Below are positions 1 through 8,325 of a stretch of 64,000 nt of DNA, in pieces. The position numbers were made by a program, and so were the translations under genes. The notes under the pieces were generated by a model. The model worked only from the letters and a program-made list of their open reading frames with translations, searched no databases and was not told where the DNA came from. The stretch's first letter is position 1; every line of letters starts with the position of its first letter. Source of the DNA: a virus; the IMG/VR virus record IMGVR_UViG_3300022902_000004, positions 62,268-126,267 of that record; one strand, 5' to 3'.

Positions 1-557
1 GATACCGTCAGCTTATCAGCCGTTTTTCCTCCAACACCTGGCACACCTGGAACATTGTCTGTGGGATCGCCTCGTAGGGCTTTCCAGGTGAGATAATCAC
101 AGTACCAAGGATCTGCAAACGATTTCTTCCGAGGGTTCCAAAGTTTGACATTGCCAGAAATCAATTGGATGAAATCTGTGTCCATTGAAACAATCGTGAC
201 ATCATCATTCTTATGAAAATCCGTGGCAACCCGCTTGACAACATCATCACACTCAAAATCTGGATGCTGGATGTACACGAAGCCTGATGTTTTCTTGATC
301 GTTTCGAACACCTCTGTTATCTCGCGGTCGAACTGCGGGTCATCCAATTTTTTCCTGTTGGCCTTATAGTCTGGTTGCAAATCCACTGATTGGGTCGGGT
401 GCCCTTCATCAACGACGTAAACAATGTCGGGTGAGTGTCTCTTTATTTCGCTGTTTAGCATTCTAAAGAAGTTAAAATACACCTTGTGATCGCCACGGCC
501 AAAACCATATCTGGCACGATGAAGCATATTATACGAATCAATGATCAATACTTTCAT
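1..557 (-). CDS. 5'-3' exonuclease / flap endonuclease (FEN, RNase H-like); C-terminus runs off the window edge
   Basis: Minus-strand ORF starts at ATG 557 (MKVLIIDSYNMLHRARYGFG, PIN-like 5' nuclease N-terminus) and is still open at position 1. Last residues in the window are ...DNVPGVPGVGGKTADKLTV, the H3TH motif of FEN-family 5' nucleases. It is absent from the ORF track because it is truncated. Confidence 0.65.
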   Translation of the reverse strand, partial: MKVLIIDSYNMLHRARYGFGRGDHKVYFNFFRMLNSEIKRHSPDIVYVVDEGHPTQSVDLQPDYKANRKKLDDPQFDREITEVFETIKKTSGFVYIQHPDFECDDVVKRVATDFHKNDDVTIVSMDTDFIQLISGNVKLWNPRKKSFADPWYCDYLTWKALRGDPTDNVPGVPGVGGKTADKLTV

Positions 558-958
558 GCTTGGAAACCTTCTGGAACAACCATACTCACGTTTGCTTTTG
601 TTCCATTCTCTAGAATGATTTGCTTGATATTTGGATCTGTTTGTTTTGGCTGTGGCACAGGTGCTGATGTAGGTTTGGCGAAGCGTGCTGCTTTTTCTTT
701 AGCCTGCATGCTGAGTGCCTGAATGAACCTCGTCGCGTTTTCAATTAGATGTTTTTCCGCGCTGGCTGATGTTTCGAAAACTGTGATGTCGGCTTTCGTA
801 TCTTCAAGGCACGCAGACTGGCCTTCTACCGTTTGAATGGTATGCGCTGTCGCAAACCCATCAGCATTTTCGGTCGTTGTTTTCGACACGACCTGCACCG
901 GTGCGATTGAATTCGATGTCTTCGAAATCAACCATAATACTTGTCCAATTTTATACAT
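554..958 (-). CDS. hypothetical protein (134 aa)
   Basis: Tightly packed minus-strand ORF with ATGA overlap to its neighbour; no recognisable motif. Confidence 0.35.
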   Translation of the reverse strand: MYKIGQVLWLISKTSNSIAPVQVVSKTTTENADGFATAHTIQTVEGQSACLEDTKADITVFETSASAEKHLIENATRFIQALSMQAKEKAARFAKPTSAPVPQPKQTDPNIKQIILENGTKANVSMVVPEGFQA

Positions 959-1633
959 TTACGCAGCCTCGAATTCATATACGAATTTTGTGGGTGTTGT
1001 CTTCCAATACTCAATTTGCTTTAGCAGTTTTTCTCGTGTCTTTACAGCTCGTTGTGAACAATTGCCGAGCTTCACATTCAATTCTTTCAACCGGATTTCG
1101 TTCTTGTCGTGAATGTTTCCCCAAATGACCCTTCGCTTGGGAAGGGCGACATGCTTCAACATCTTTGCTTTGCCTCTGCCGGACGCATGAGGCTTTGCGA
1201 AGTCAGATACCTCTAAATCAGTATAGTGGATCGCGATGAAGTTTTCAAAAGATTTGTCAGCAATGACATAAAGATAATCTAGCTTTTTCTTTTTTTGAAG
1301 TGTCGCATAATCTGTTTGGAATACCACTGCACCAGATTTGTATGGCGACGTCAGTTTGCACTCGAGCTCTTTATCAAGCTCACCGATCAAGATATCGGCT
1401 GCACCTGTGTTCCCGTCGTTTTTTACACCACAAAATGATGAAGATAAGGCCTTCGCAAAAAAACGCTCCTGCGGTTGTGACATCATCATGTTACGTCGGC
1501 CAGTATTTGATGCCATCGATAAACCATGACCGGTATACAACGCTTGTAATTCGGTATTGAACTTTTTCATATCGGAAAGGGCCAATTTTGCATGTTCACG
1601 AGTGATGTACGTCATTTTTGCTCCATCAGCCAC
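959..1633 (-). CDS. hypothetical protein (224 aa), possible PD-(D/E)xK-like nuclease segment
   Basis: The segment AADILIGELDKELECK resembles a D...ExK nuclease core. This is weak; otherwise no match. Confidence 0.35.
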   Translation of the reverse strand: MADGAKMTYITREHAKLALSDMKKFNTELQALYTGHGLSMASNTGRRNMMMSQPQERFFAKALSSSFCGVKNDGNTGAADILIGELDKELECKLTSPYKSGAVVFQTDYATLQKKKKLDYLYVIADKSFENFIAIHYTDLEVSDFAKPHASGRGKAKMLKHVALPKRRVIWGNIHDKNEIRLKELNVKLGNCSQRAVKTREKLLKQIEYWKTTPTKFVYEFEAA

Positions 1634-1672
1634 AATTGACCTCTAGAACATTATAACACAAATGAGATCTTT

Positions 1673-2023
1673 TTACACAGATGAAATGGCTTTGCGGATG
1701 TTTTCTGTGATTTGTTTTCCGGCAGCAGATGCCTCAACTAGGGGCTGCAAACCTAGAGCTGCGCGAACCTTGTCGTACGTCACTGCATCCAATTTACGCT
1801 TCAGTGTGTCTGTGTTCGCATACTGCGTCAACGTCAATTCAGTGATTGGCAACTCTTCGCCGTCAGGACCAGGTTCGACCTCACCGGACTCCCGAGATTC
1901 AAAAATGAAGAGCATCCTCGGCATTTCTTCATCGTCAGGAACTGCGATGAATGGAATATGACTGGTCAGCGCAGCATCGGAATCATCTTCATAAAAAATT
2001 TCTGGGACCCATTGGTTTGACAT
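1673..2023 (-). CDS. hypothetical acidic protein (116 aa)
   Basis: ORF in the co-directional gene array; acidic composition. Confidence 0.35.
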   Translation of the reverse strand: MSNQWVPEIFYEDDSDAALTSHIPFIAVPDDEEMPRMLFIFESRESGEVEPGPDGEELPITELTLTQYANTDTLKRKLDAVTYDKVRAALGLQPLVEASAAGKQITENIRKAISSV

Positions 2024-2046
2024 CGTTAATTTACCTCTAGTTTAGC

Positions 2047-3327
2047 TTATGAGGAACCGAGCGCATTCGTCAGTGCCTGTTGTGCTTTATCATAACTTTG
2101 CTGGGAATTTTCGTAAATCTCTATGAGTTGCTTAGCCTCGGGGATGTTCGTTCTTTTCTTGAGTTGCTCAATCGTTTTTGAATCTAGCTTGGTTTCTTCA
2201 CGGAGTTTTTTGATCTCGGCTGCGAAGCTTGCAATACCAAGTCCTCCGGCTCCGCCAATTGCCTGCTCATTGAAACTTACCTTTCCAGCATTGAATGCCA
2301 CTTTGCGGGCTGCATCAGCCAGCATCGCATCGGTGACCTTTTCTACATCGACGCCTTGTGTCTGGGCTGCGGTAGCTTTGAAGTCCTGGCTGGCTGCTAA
2401 CTGCTTTGCCTGCTGCTCGATTTGCGGTACGATCTTTTCGAATTCTGATATATCACCAGCATCCAATTGATTTTTTGAAACGGCCGCCTTCAGCACTTCC
2501 TGGAAATCCTCAACTGAGTCCGTCCCAATCAGTTTGGCAACCACAAGCATTCGTTGTGTGGCAGACGCAACCTCCTGCTGGACACTAAGCTGATTCTTGA
2601 TTGAGTCTGCTGCAACTTCATCAAATGCCTGATCGAGACCAGTATCTTTGAAGAAGTCCGCCAACCATGCCTGCTCGCTGCTGGTATCATACTTGGCAGC
2701 TTTTTCTTTTTGTTCGCGGAGAACTGATTCGTTTGTTTCCCCGCCAAAGAAGAGCCTTGATAGCTTGCTTTTTATTGTTGAGCCTTTACCAGCTTCTTCC
2801 GATTGCAACTTCAAAATTGCATTCAGTGCATCGAGTTCTGTTGGCATTCTCCACAACTTTTCAAGGAGTCGTTCCCAAGATTCGCCTGATATAATTTCGG
2901 CTGCCGTTGCACCGGTTTTGATTCCGGCCGCCAAACCTTGTGCCGCGAAGTATGCTGTTGGCATCAATGAAAACGAAAGGAGCGGGTCGGCGTTCTGGAT
3001 TGCATCGAGTGAGTCGCCGATGATGGGTTTCCATTCTGCACGAAGCATAGCACGACGCTCTTCAAAGGCCTTTCTTTTTTCAATCAACTTTTTTGAGTCG
3101 AACGCCAGAAGGGTTCCCAAGATAAGGCGTGTCGAGTTACCGATGTCCATGGCTGTCAACTTCAGTGCTTTGAAAATGTCCGTGAATGGTTTCACGAATG
3201 CCTTTACCGCTGGGCCGGAACCAGGATCCCACCTTTGTTCAACGATTACCTTAGCTTCACGGAGAATCTTCTCATACTTTCGCTTTGCCGTCAGGTAATT
3301 TATTCTTGTTTCTAAGTTTGATGACAT
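2047..3327 (-). CDS. hypothetical protein (426 aa), alpha-helical/coiled-coil rich
   Basis: Long ORF with heptad-like charged stretches; no enzymatic motif recognised. Confidence 0.5.
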   Translation of the reverse strand: MSSNLETRINYLTAKRKYEKILREAKVIVEQRWDPGSGPAVKAFVKPFTDIFKALKLTAMDIGNSTRLILGTLLAFDSKKLIEKRKAFEERRAMLRAEWKPIIGDSLDAIQNADPLLSFSLMPTAYFAAQGLAAGIKTGATAAEIISGESWERLLEKLWRMPTELDALNAILKLQSEEAGKGSTIKSKLSRLFFGGETNESVLREQKEKAAKYDTSSEQAWLADFFKDTGLDQAFDEVAADSIKNQLSVQQEVASATQRMLVVAKLIGTDSVEDFQEVLKAAVSKNQLDAGDISEFEKIVPQIEQQAKQLAASQDFKATAAQTQGVDVEKVTDAMLADAARKVAFNAGKVSFNEQAIGGAGGLGIASFAAEIKKLREETKLDSKTIEQLKKRTNIPEAKQLIEIYENSQQSYDKAQQALTNALGSS

Positions 3328-3372
3328 TGCAACCCCTTGATTGTATTATAAATATTGAATCGGCAACGTGTT

Positions 3373-3735
3373 CTAAAGGACCCCAGAAAGCTTCAGAAGC
3401 CTTTGGGCATGTAATACCCCATGGTACGGCCGCCGGGACGTTCTGGGGACGACGTGGGACTCTAAGATGTCATCTTTGGGGAGGTTGCGATTGATGTCGC
3501 GTAGTTTACCACGCAGAACCTTCAGAATGCCGTTGTAGTGACTGCGTGCCGCCGACCGAAGTTTTTCTTCATTACGGGAATGTGTCGCATCAGCAATCCT
3601 CTTTTCAATGTCACCACGAGCTCGTTCGCTGTAGAGTTTCACCACTCGACCGGTAAGACACTTATGCTGGCTGCCTTTCTTCTTTTGCTCGATAAGGACG
3701 TTGATATTCATGTCCGAACCAATTGGAATTATCAT
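3373..3735 (-). CDS. hypothetical basic protein (120 aa)
   Basis: ORF with 4-nt overlap to the next gene. Confidence 0.3.
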   Translation of the reverse strand: MIIPIGSDMNINVLIEQKKKGSQHKCLTGRVVKLYSERARGDIEKRIADATHSRNEEKLRSAARSHYNGILKVLRGKLRDINRNLPKDDILESHVVPRTSRRPYHGVLHAQRLLKLSGVL

Positions 3736-4409
3736 GATGCCCCAACAACGATTACGTCTTGTCGCTTCTTCGGTAATGTGGAACCCTTATTTAGGTTCTT
3801 CTTTGGTTCCTGCTTCTTTTGTGGTTGTGCCTGCTTCTGTTGCTCGGTCGGTGTTGTTACAGGTGCAGAATGATCTGGCTCTGCCGCAGTTGTTCCGGAC
3901 GACACTCCTGACATTACCTGTGCCAGACTGTTCAGATAAATCAGCACCTCACGGCGCTCGACCTGATCAAGCTTATCAATGTAGGCTTTCAAGTTCCTGC
4001 GAACTACTTTATCCTTGATTGACTTACCGCCTCGTAGGAGATTTATGTTCTTCGCGATGGTCTGGAAATCCGGTGCTTGCAATTCCTGTTCGGTCGGATC
4101 ATGCATGTTCTTCGACGTAGGCGTACCTGGTGTCTGCTTTGCAATATCTGTTTTTTGTTTTTCGACCTTGGCGGCAGCAACATCAGGATCGCCTGTCAAT
4201 TTGATGCCTTTAGGCTTCTCTTCTTTCTCATCGTCTTCAATATCATCTTCGACTTCAACAACTTCTTCGTCCTCATTTTTGACGGGAGCACGGAAATTAT
4301 GCTTGTCTATTTTTTTTGATTGTACTTTTTGACGCAATCGTTCACGAGAGCCAAATGTCTCATTGACAGCCTTCACAACCAAATCATCAAGTTCATCAAG
4401 AAATTTCAT
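3732..4409 (-). CDS. hypothetical charged low-complexity protein (225 aa)
   Basis: Contains a D/E-rich block (EDEEVVEVEDDIEDDEKEE) and a Q/K-rich tail; 4-nt overlaps on both sides. Confidence 0.4.
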   Translation of the reverse strand: MKFLDELDDLVVKAVNETFGSRERLRQKVQSKKIDKHNFRAPVKNEDEEVVEVEDDIEDDEKEEKPKGIKLTGDPDVAAAKVEKQKTDIAKQTPGTPTSKNMHDPTEQELQAPDFQTIAKNINLLRGGKSIKDKVVRRNLKAYIDKLDQVERREVLIYLNSLAQVMSGVSSGTTAAEPDHSAPVTTPTEQQKQAQPQKKQEPKKNLNKGSTLPKKRQDVIVVGAS

Positions 4410-4600
4410 TTATCATACCTTATTTTGTTGCCAGGCAGTTCCTGATATCGTCGTCGCCACTTCTTTCCAAGCGACTCGTCCTCATCACGTTTCTGCTGTT
4501 TCTTTCGAGCCTTGTTCTTTTCAGTACGTTTCTCGATGTCTTTCATAAATTTGTCAAAATTGAATTCTTGCATAACTATAAATATCCTGCTATCCTGCAT
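4406..4600 (-). CDS. small basic protein (64 aa)
   Basis: K/R-rich ORF coupled to the upstream gene by an ATGA overlap. Confidence 0.3.
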   Translation of the reverse strand: MQDSRIFIVMQEFNFDKFMKDIEKRTEKNKARKKQQKRDEDESLGKKWRRRYQELPGNKIRYDK

Positions 4601-4928
4601 GTGTCATGTCATTCAGAAAAAGATGGACGGTCCATACCCCTTCGTTATGTTCAGCACTCGTATGACTTGCAACAATCGCCGATTCACACATTAGGCCATG
4701 AAGTGGTAAGCCCCTAAAAAACTCGATAAGGTGTCTTGCCGGGACACGGATTGAAACGCTGTTGTCGAATGTGTCCCACCCCACGACATCAAACGTCGCG
4801 AAGAGTGATGGGATACTCAATTGTAGTCCAGATCCTATTGGTTCTTCAACCAATAAGTTTCCTACACGATCTTCGAGACCCTCACTCATGAGGAGCGTGC
4901 TATCTGTCGAATGCTGCGATGTCTTCAT
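4590..4928 (-). CDS. hypothetical protein (112 aa)
   Basis: ORF in array. Confidence 0.3.
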   Translation of the reverse strand: MKTSQHSTDSTLLMSEGLEDRVGNLLVEEPIGSGLQLSIPSLFATFDVVGWDTFDNSVSIRVPARHLIEFFRGLPLHGLMCESAIVASHTSAEHNEGVWTVHLFLNDMTHAG

Positions 4929-5256
4929 AAATCTCGTCTACCTTGGCTGCCCACTCAATATCAAGTTCGGTGACCTGTTGAAGAACTTCCGTTGTTGCGT
5001 GTGCCAAAACCTTCTTTTTCTCGACAAGGAGCTTGCCGTGATGACCGAGCTCCTCCTGCATTTGTAGGACGTCTTCCAGAAAATCAATCAGTGCCTGAGT
5101 CGTTTCAAACTCGAATAGTCGCCGAATGGCTTCAGGATTCTCTGTCCTCGTCCACACTTCCTTCGTGACAGTAATGGGGACATCCCTGCCCGGAGCTTCA
5201 AGAAGCCTTCGGCCGTTGACCTTGAAATATTCCTGCATTAGAGCTGAAACTTGCAT
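4900..5256 (-). CDS. hypothetical protein (118 aa)
   Basis: ORF in array. Confidence 0.3.
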   Translation of the reverse strand: MQVSALMQEYFKVNGRRLLEAPGRDVPITVTKEVWTRTENPEAIRRLFEFETTQALIDFLEDVLQMQEELGHHGKLLVEKKKVLAHATTEVLQQVTELDIEWAAKVDEIYEDIAAFDR

Positions 5257-5262
5257 ATTTCA

Positions 5263-6450
5263 TTACACCGCTGCTGCTTGGACGTTGGCATCATTCGATG
5301 CCTTCTTCAGGATTCCCATCAGTTTCTTCTTGTTCAACTTTGCATATCGTTGCAGTGCCATCTCGGCGAAGTCGTCACCCGTCACCGCGAGGGTTTGAAG
5401 AGCACGGAACTTGTTTGCAAGTTCGTCTGCCAGTTCATCAGCCCTGTTTTGCTGGATTTGACCAGCCTTGACAGCAGCCTGAAGCTGGTCCGTGATAATT
5501 TGGTGATTTCTTGGAACCTCACCAACAAGCTGGTTGATCATCGATGCCTTCACTCTCGGAGGCAGGTTCAATTTACCAAGTGCCTGATTCAATGAGTTCT
5601 TGCCTTGCTTCTCAACAGCCTTCGCCGCCGGCAACACCATCGCGTGGAACAGAAAGTACTTGTATGACGGCAGGTTTGCAACCTCAGATTTATTCTGAGC
5701 CATGAACTTAGCATCTTCTCCGCTGATGGAGCCCGATTGCTCAAGCAGGTCGAGGTATTCACCCACACCAAACTCAATCAATGCATCGAACTCTTCATCA
5801 GGGATATTAGAGAACTGCTTCACGCGGCCGAGGAGCTTGTACAGAAAGTTTTTCACACCACTTGGACCTGCAAAGCCTGTCTCGTTTGCGATGTCCTTTA
5901 GCGATGTTTCATCTTGCGGTGCCTCCGGTTCTGGGGCACCCTCAGAGTCGTCCATCAGTGCGTCCAAGGTGTCTTCCGGATCAGCACCGAACTCCTCTTC
6001 AAATTGCTTTCGAAGATAATCGATATCCTCATCTTCCATTGCCTCTTTGATTAGCATGTTTAGTGTTTTTGATTCGCTCATTGGTCCCCCTGCGATTTCT
6101 TGTTCAGCTTCCATTTCAATTTTCTCAACCATGCCTTGGTACTGTTTATAAAATGCATGGATTTGTTCCTCAGGTATCGTTTTTGCCAGCTCAGCAACGG
6201 CCAATGACAGACTCTTTATTGTCGATGGCACATAATCCGGATCATCAACAGGTGGACGATCAACAGAAAGCTGTGTGGCAACCTGTTCTGACGCCACAAC
6301 TGGTGTTATCACATCTTCAAGGCCGAACTTTTCTTCGTCGTCCTCCACCGGGCCTGGCTGATCGAACATACCATAATCTGTGGTCAGCTCATTCAAAGCT
6401 CGTTTACTTGGCCGTTTTCTTTTGGTTATTCGGAGTTTTCTCATATTCAT
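5263..6450 (-). CDS. hypothetical highly acidic protein (395 aa) with basic N-terminal tail
   Basis: N-terminus MNMRKLRITKRKRPSKR followed by long D/E-rich regions. Confidence 0.5.
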   Translation of the reverse strand: MNMRKLRITKRKRPSKRALNELTTDYGMFDQPGPVEDDEEKFGLEDVITPVVASEQVATQLSVDRPPVDDPDYVPSTIKSLSLAVAELAKTIPEEQIHAFYKQYQGMVEKIEMEAEQEIAGGPMSESKTLNMLIKEAMEDEDIDYLRKQFEEEFGADPEDTLDALMDDSEGAPEPEAPQDETSLKDIANETGFAGPSGVKNFLYKLLGRVKQFSNIPDEEFDALIEFGVGEYLDLLEQSGSISGEDAKFMAQNKSEVANLPSYKYFLFHAMVLPAAKAVEKQGKNSLNQALGKLNLPPRVKASMINQLVGEVPRNHQIITDQLQAAVKAGQIQQNRADELADELANKFRALQTLAVTGDDFAEMALQRYAKLNKKKLMGILKKASNDANVQAAAV

Positions 6451-6459
6451 AAATAGGCA

Positions 6460-6921
6460 CTATTTTGATAGACTGACAAGTTTTGCCGCGCCCAGCGCCA
6501 AACCAAAACCACCGACGACACCGATACCAATTAGTACAGGTGTGGACTCATACCAAGCCCTCGGAAGATAGTTTTTTCTCAAGAAATCAATTTGTTCTTG
6601 CTTGACGCCCAGGATAGCTTTATGCTTTTCTTCGGTGGCAGTGTACTTTGCATCAGCTAGTGCAAGTTTGCGCTTCGCTTCAGCTTCACACATGGCAACC
6701 GACGCCTTTGCTTTTGCTTCGCACACCTTCTTTGGGAGGTGTGTTTTCCTTTCTGCTTCAATCCTGCTAGTCAACTGCTTGTTCATCAGTGTTCCAGCAA
6801 ACGGAGCTCGTTGACCCTTTTGTAAGTTGGAAACCTTGTCTCCAGGATTTGCAAATGCCGATCCCATCGCCATGAAGAAAACCAGAAGGAATGCAATGAT
6901 ACGTTTACTCGTCTTCTGCAT
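6460..6921 (-). CDS. membrane/periplasmic protein with a signal-peptide-like N-terminus and a C-terminal transmembrane helix
   Basis: Internal start gives MQKTSKRIIAFLLVFFMAMGSAFA (n-region, hydrophobic core, AFA cleavage-site-like). The central region is a charged helix, and the C-terminus VLIGIGVVGGFGLALGAAKLV is a TM helix. There is no lipobox Cys. Confidence 0.4.
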   Translation of the reverse strand: MQKTSKRIIAFLLVFFMAMGSAFANPGDKVSNLQKGQRAPFAGTLMNKQLTSRIEAERKTHLPKKVCEAKAKASVAMCEAEAKRKLALADAKYTATEEKHKAILGVKQEQIDFLRKNYLPRAWYESTPVLIGIGVVGGFGLALGAAKLVSLSK

Positions 6922-7315
6922 CAACGACCTCCGCACCGAATGTATTGGCAAAACGACGGGTCAGTTTCTCGCCGGTCAGTTTTCCATTTTCCTGCTCACG
7001 TTCGACGGCTGTCTCCTTGGCATCCTCAAGATCTTTGATTTTGGTGCGTTCGATTTTTACCAGCTCTTCGCTATGAATCTTTTCAATGGCCTTTTCGTGT
7101 TGAGCGATGCTTACGTCATATTGTTTTTTGATTTCATCAACACGCTGGTTGGTCTCTATTTCGTTCGTTAGAACCTCGCGTTGCTCATGAGATATCAGCG
7201 CAAACCGAACCCACAAACCAATTGCCAGGGCAACCCCAATGAGTATCTGCCAGTATTTTGACACGAAATTTTTTGTTTTTGTCCACATGTTAGTCATCCT
7301 TGAAAAGTCCTTCAT
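6905..7315 (-). CDS. type II membrane protein with N-terminal TM helix and periplasmic coiled coil (i-spanin-like architecture)
   Basis: WQILIGVALAIGLWVRFALI is a TM helix, followed by a charged helical domain (EQREVLTNEIETNQRVDEIKKQ...). Confidence 0.4.
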   Translation of the reverse strand: MKDFSRMTNMWTKTKNFVSKYWQILIGVALAIGLWVRFALISHEQREVLTNEIETNQRVDEIKKQYDVSIAQHEKAIEKIHSEELVKIERTKIKDLEDAKETAVEREQENGKLTGEKLTRRFANTFGAEVVDAEDE

Positions 7316-7565
7316 TACCGATTACATCGTAAAGGTTCTCAGCATATTTTTCTTCAAGCTTACCAACTTCTTTGTTATGTTTCGAGGCTTGAAGTTCGTC
7401 AAGCATCTTGATTGCATGAGGATGTCCTTCAACGATCAGTGATGCCATATATTCTAATGTCTCTTGAATTGAAAGTCCACGCGAGACCAATTCCTTTTTC
7501 AAGCCCATATGTGTTTTACCGAACATTGAGATGTGAACAGATTTCTTCCGACCGGCGTTGAGCAT
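7290..7565 (-). CDS. small basic protein
   Basis: The ORF track gives 7290..7733. An internal Met (MLNAGRKK...) avoids the 158-nt overlap with the acidic gene upstream. Confidence 0.3.
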   Translation of the reverse strand: MLNAGRKKSVHISMFGKTHMGLKKELVSRGLSIQETLEYMASLIVEGHPHAIKMLDELQASKHNKEVGKLEEKYAENLYDVIGNEGLFKDD

Positions 7566-7575
7566 CGCCCTAACT

Positions 7576-8325
7576 TTAGAGTCCGCCTGCCGCTGAGCCA
7601 CCGACCGCAATTGGGGCTTCTGGTACTTCTTCTTTTTCGGTTCCGCCGATTGTGCTTGTTTCAATGTCATATTCCTGTTCCAAAATATCGAAGAGTGCCT
7701 TTGATGTTTCTTCGCCATAGTGATTATTGACAAATGACCGAGCCTTGTTTAGGATTACCGACTCCCAGTCAATCAAGTTCTGATAATTTTTTACGAACCT
7801 GGCAACGTTTGCCGCGAAGCTTTGAAGGTCAATGTCGCTTCCTTCACCCTCATAAAGCATGCGAGACTCAGTAACCGGTGAATTTACTACGGATGATTTT
7901 CTGGCTTCTTCCTCAAAATCAATCATAAGAGCATCAAGTTCTTGATCAATCGAGTCGCTCATGCTGTATTCTTCTGCTGCAGAAACCTCGACCTCTGGCT
8001 CTTCAGGCGCTGGTTCTCCGCCGCCTTCGTCTCCACCCATACCGCCGCCGCCGCCGCCCATTCCGCCACCGCCGCCACCGCCGCCTCCGCCGAAATCAGC
8101 ATCATCACCAAATTCTTCGCCGCCCTCTTCTCCGCCTTCTCCACCACCGGCTTCATCACCAGAGATTTCGCCGTCGTCACCGCTGGCGTCTTCGTCACCG
8201 AAAAGGTCATCGTCGCCGCCCTCAGGTTCGACATCAGGTTCTTCATCCTGCTCGAAAAGCCGGCCATAAACTAGTTTCTTTAGGGTGAATTTGTTCATTC
8301 TGTTATCCTTGCGATCTTCTCGCAT
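7576..8325 (-). CDS. extremely acidic protein with a poly-Gly tract (249 aa)
   Basis: Contains DDLFGDEDASGDDGEISGDEAGGGEGGEEGGEEFGDDADFGGGGGGGGGGMGGGGGGMGGDEGGGEP. The Gly run is encoded by a (GGC)n repeat. Confidence 0.5.
   Translation of the reverse strand: MREDRKDNRMNKFTLKKLVYGRLFEQDEEPDVEPEGGDDDLFGDEDASGDDGEISGDEAGGGEGGEEGGEEFGDDADFGGGGGGGGGGMGGGGGGMGGDEGGGEPAPEEPEVEVSAAEEYSMSDSIDQELDALMIDFEEEARKSSVVNSPVTESRMLYEGEGSDIDLQSFAANVARFVKNYQNLIDWESVILNKARSFVNNHYGEETSKALFDILEQEYDIETSTIGGTEKEEVPEAPIAVGGSAAGGL
8043..8095. repeat. GCC/GGC trinucleotide simple-sequence repeat (~50 nt) inside the acidic gene
   Basis: The plus strand reads accgccgccgccgccgcccattccgccaccgccgccaccgccgcctccgccg. It encodes a Gly run on the minus strand and produces a spurious Pro-rich plus-strand ORF at 7961..8269. 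Confidence 0.7.

Noticed and set aside
2648-3298. 216-aa plus-strand ORF
   Set aside because: It lies fully antisense within the 426-aa minus-strand gene, with no start context. It is treated as a shadow ORF.
3335-3350. T4-late-promoter-like TATAAATA box
   Set aside because: It lies on the plus strand, while every flanking gene is minus-strand, and no gene follows it in the right orientation.
6460-6951. o-spanin (outer-membrane lipoprotein) call for the signal-peptide protein
   Set aside because: There is no lipobox cysteine after the signal peptide. The only Cys residues are in the mature helical body.
7961-8269. Plus-strand ORF encoding a proline-rich protein (PPIPPPPPPIPPPPPPPPPP)
   Set aside because: It is the antisense translation of the GGC-repeat region of the acidic minus-strand gene, so it is a low-complexity artefact.
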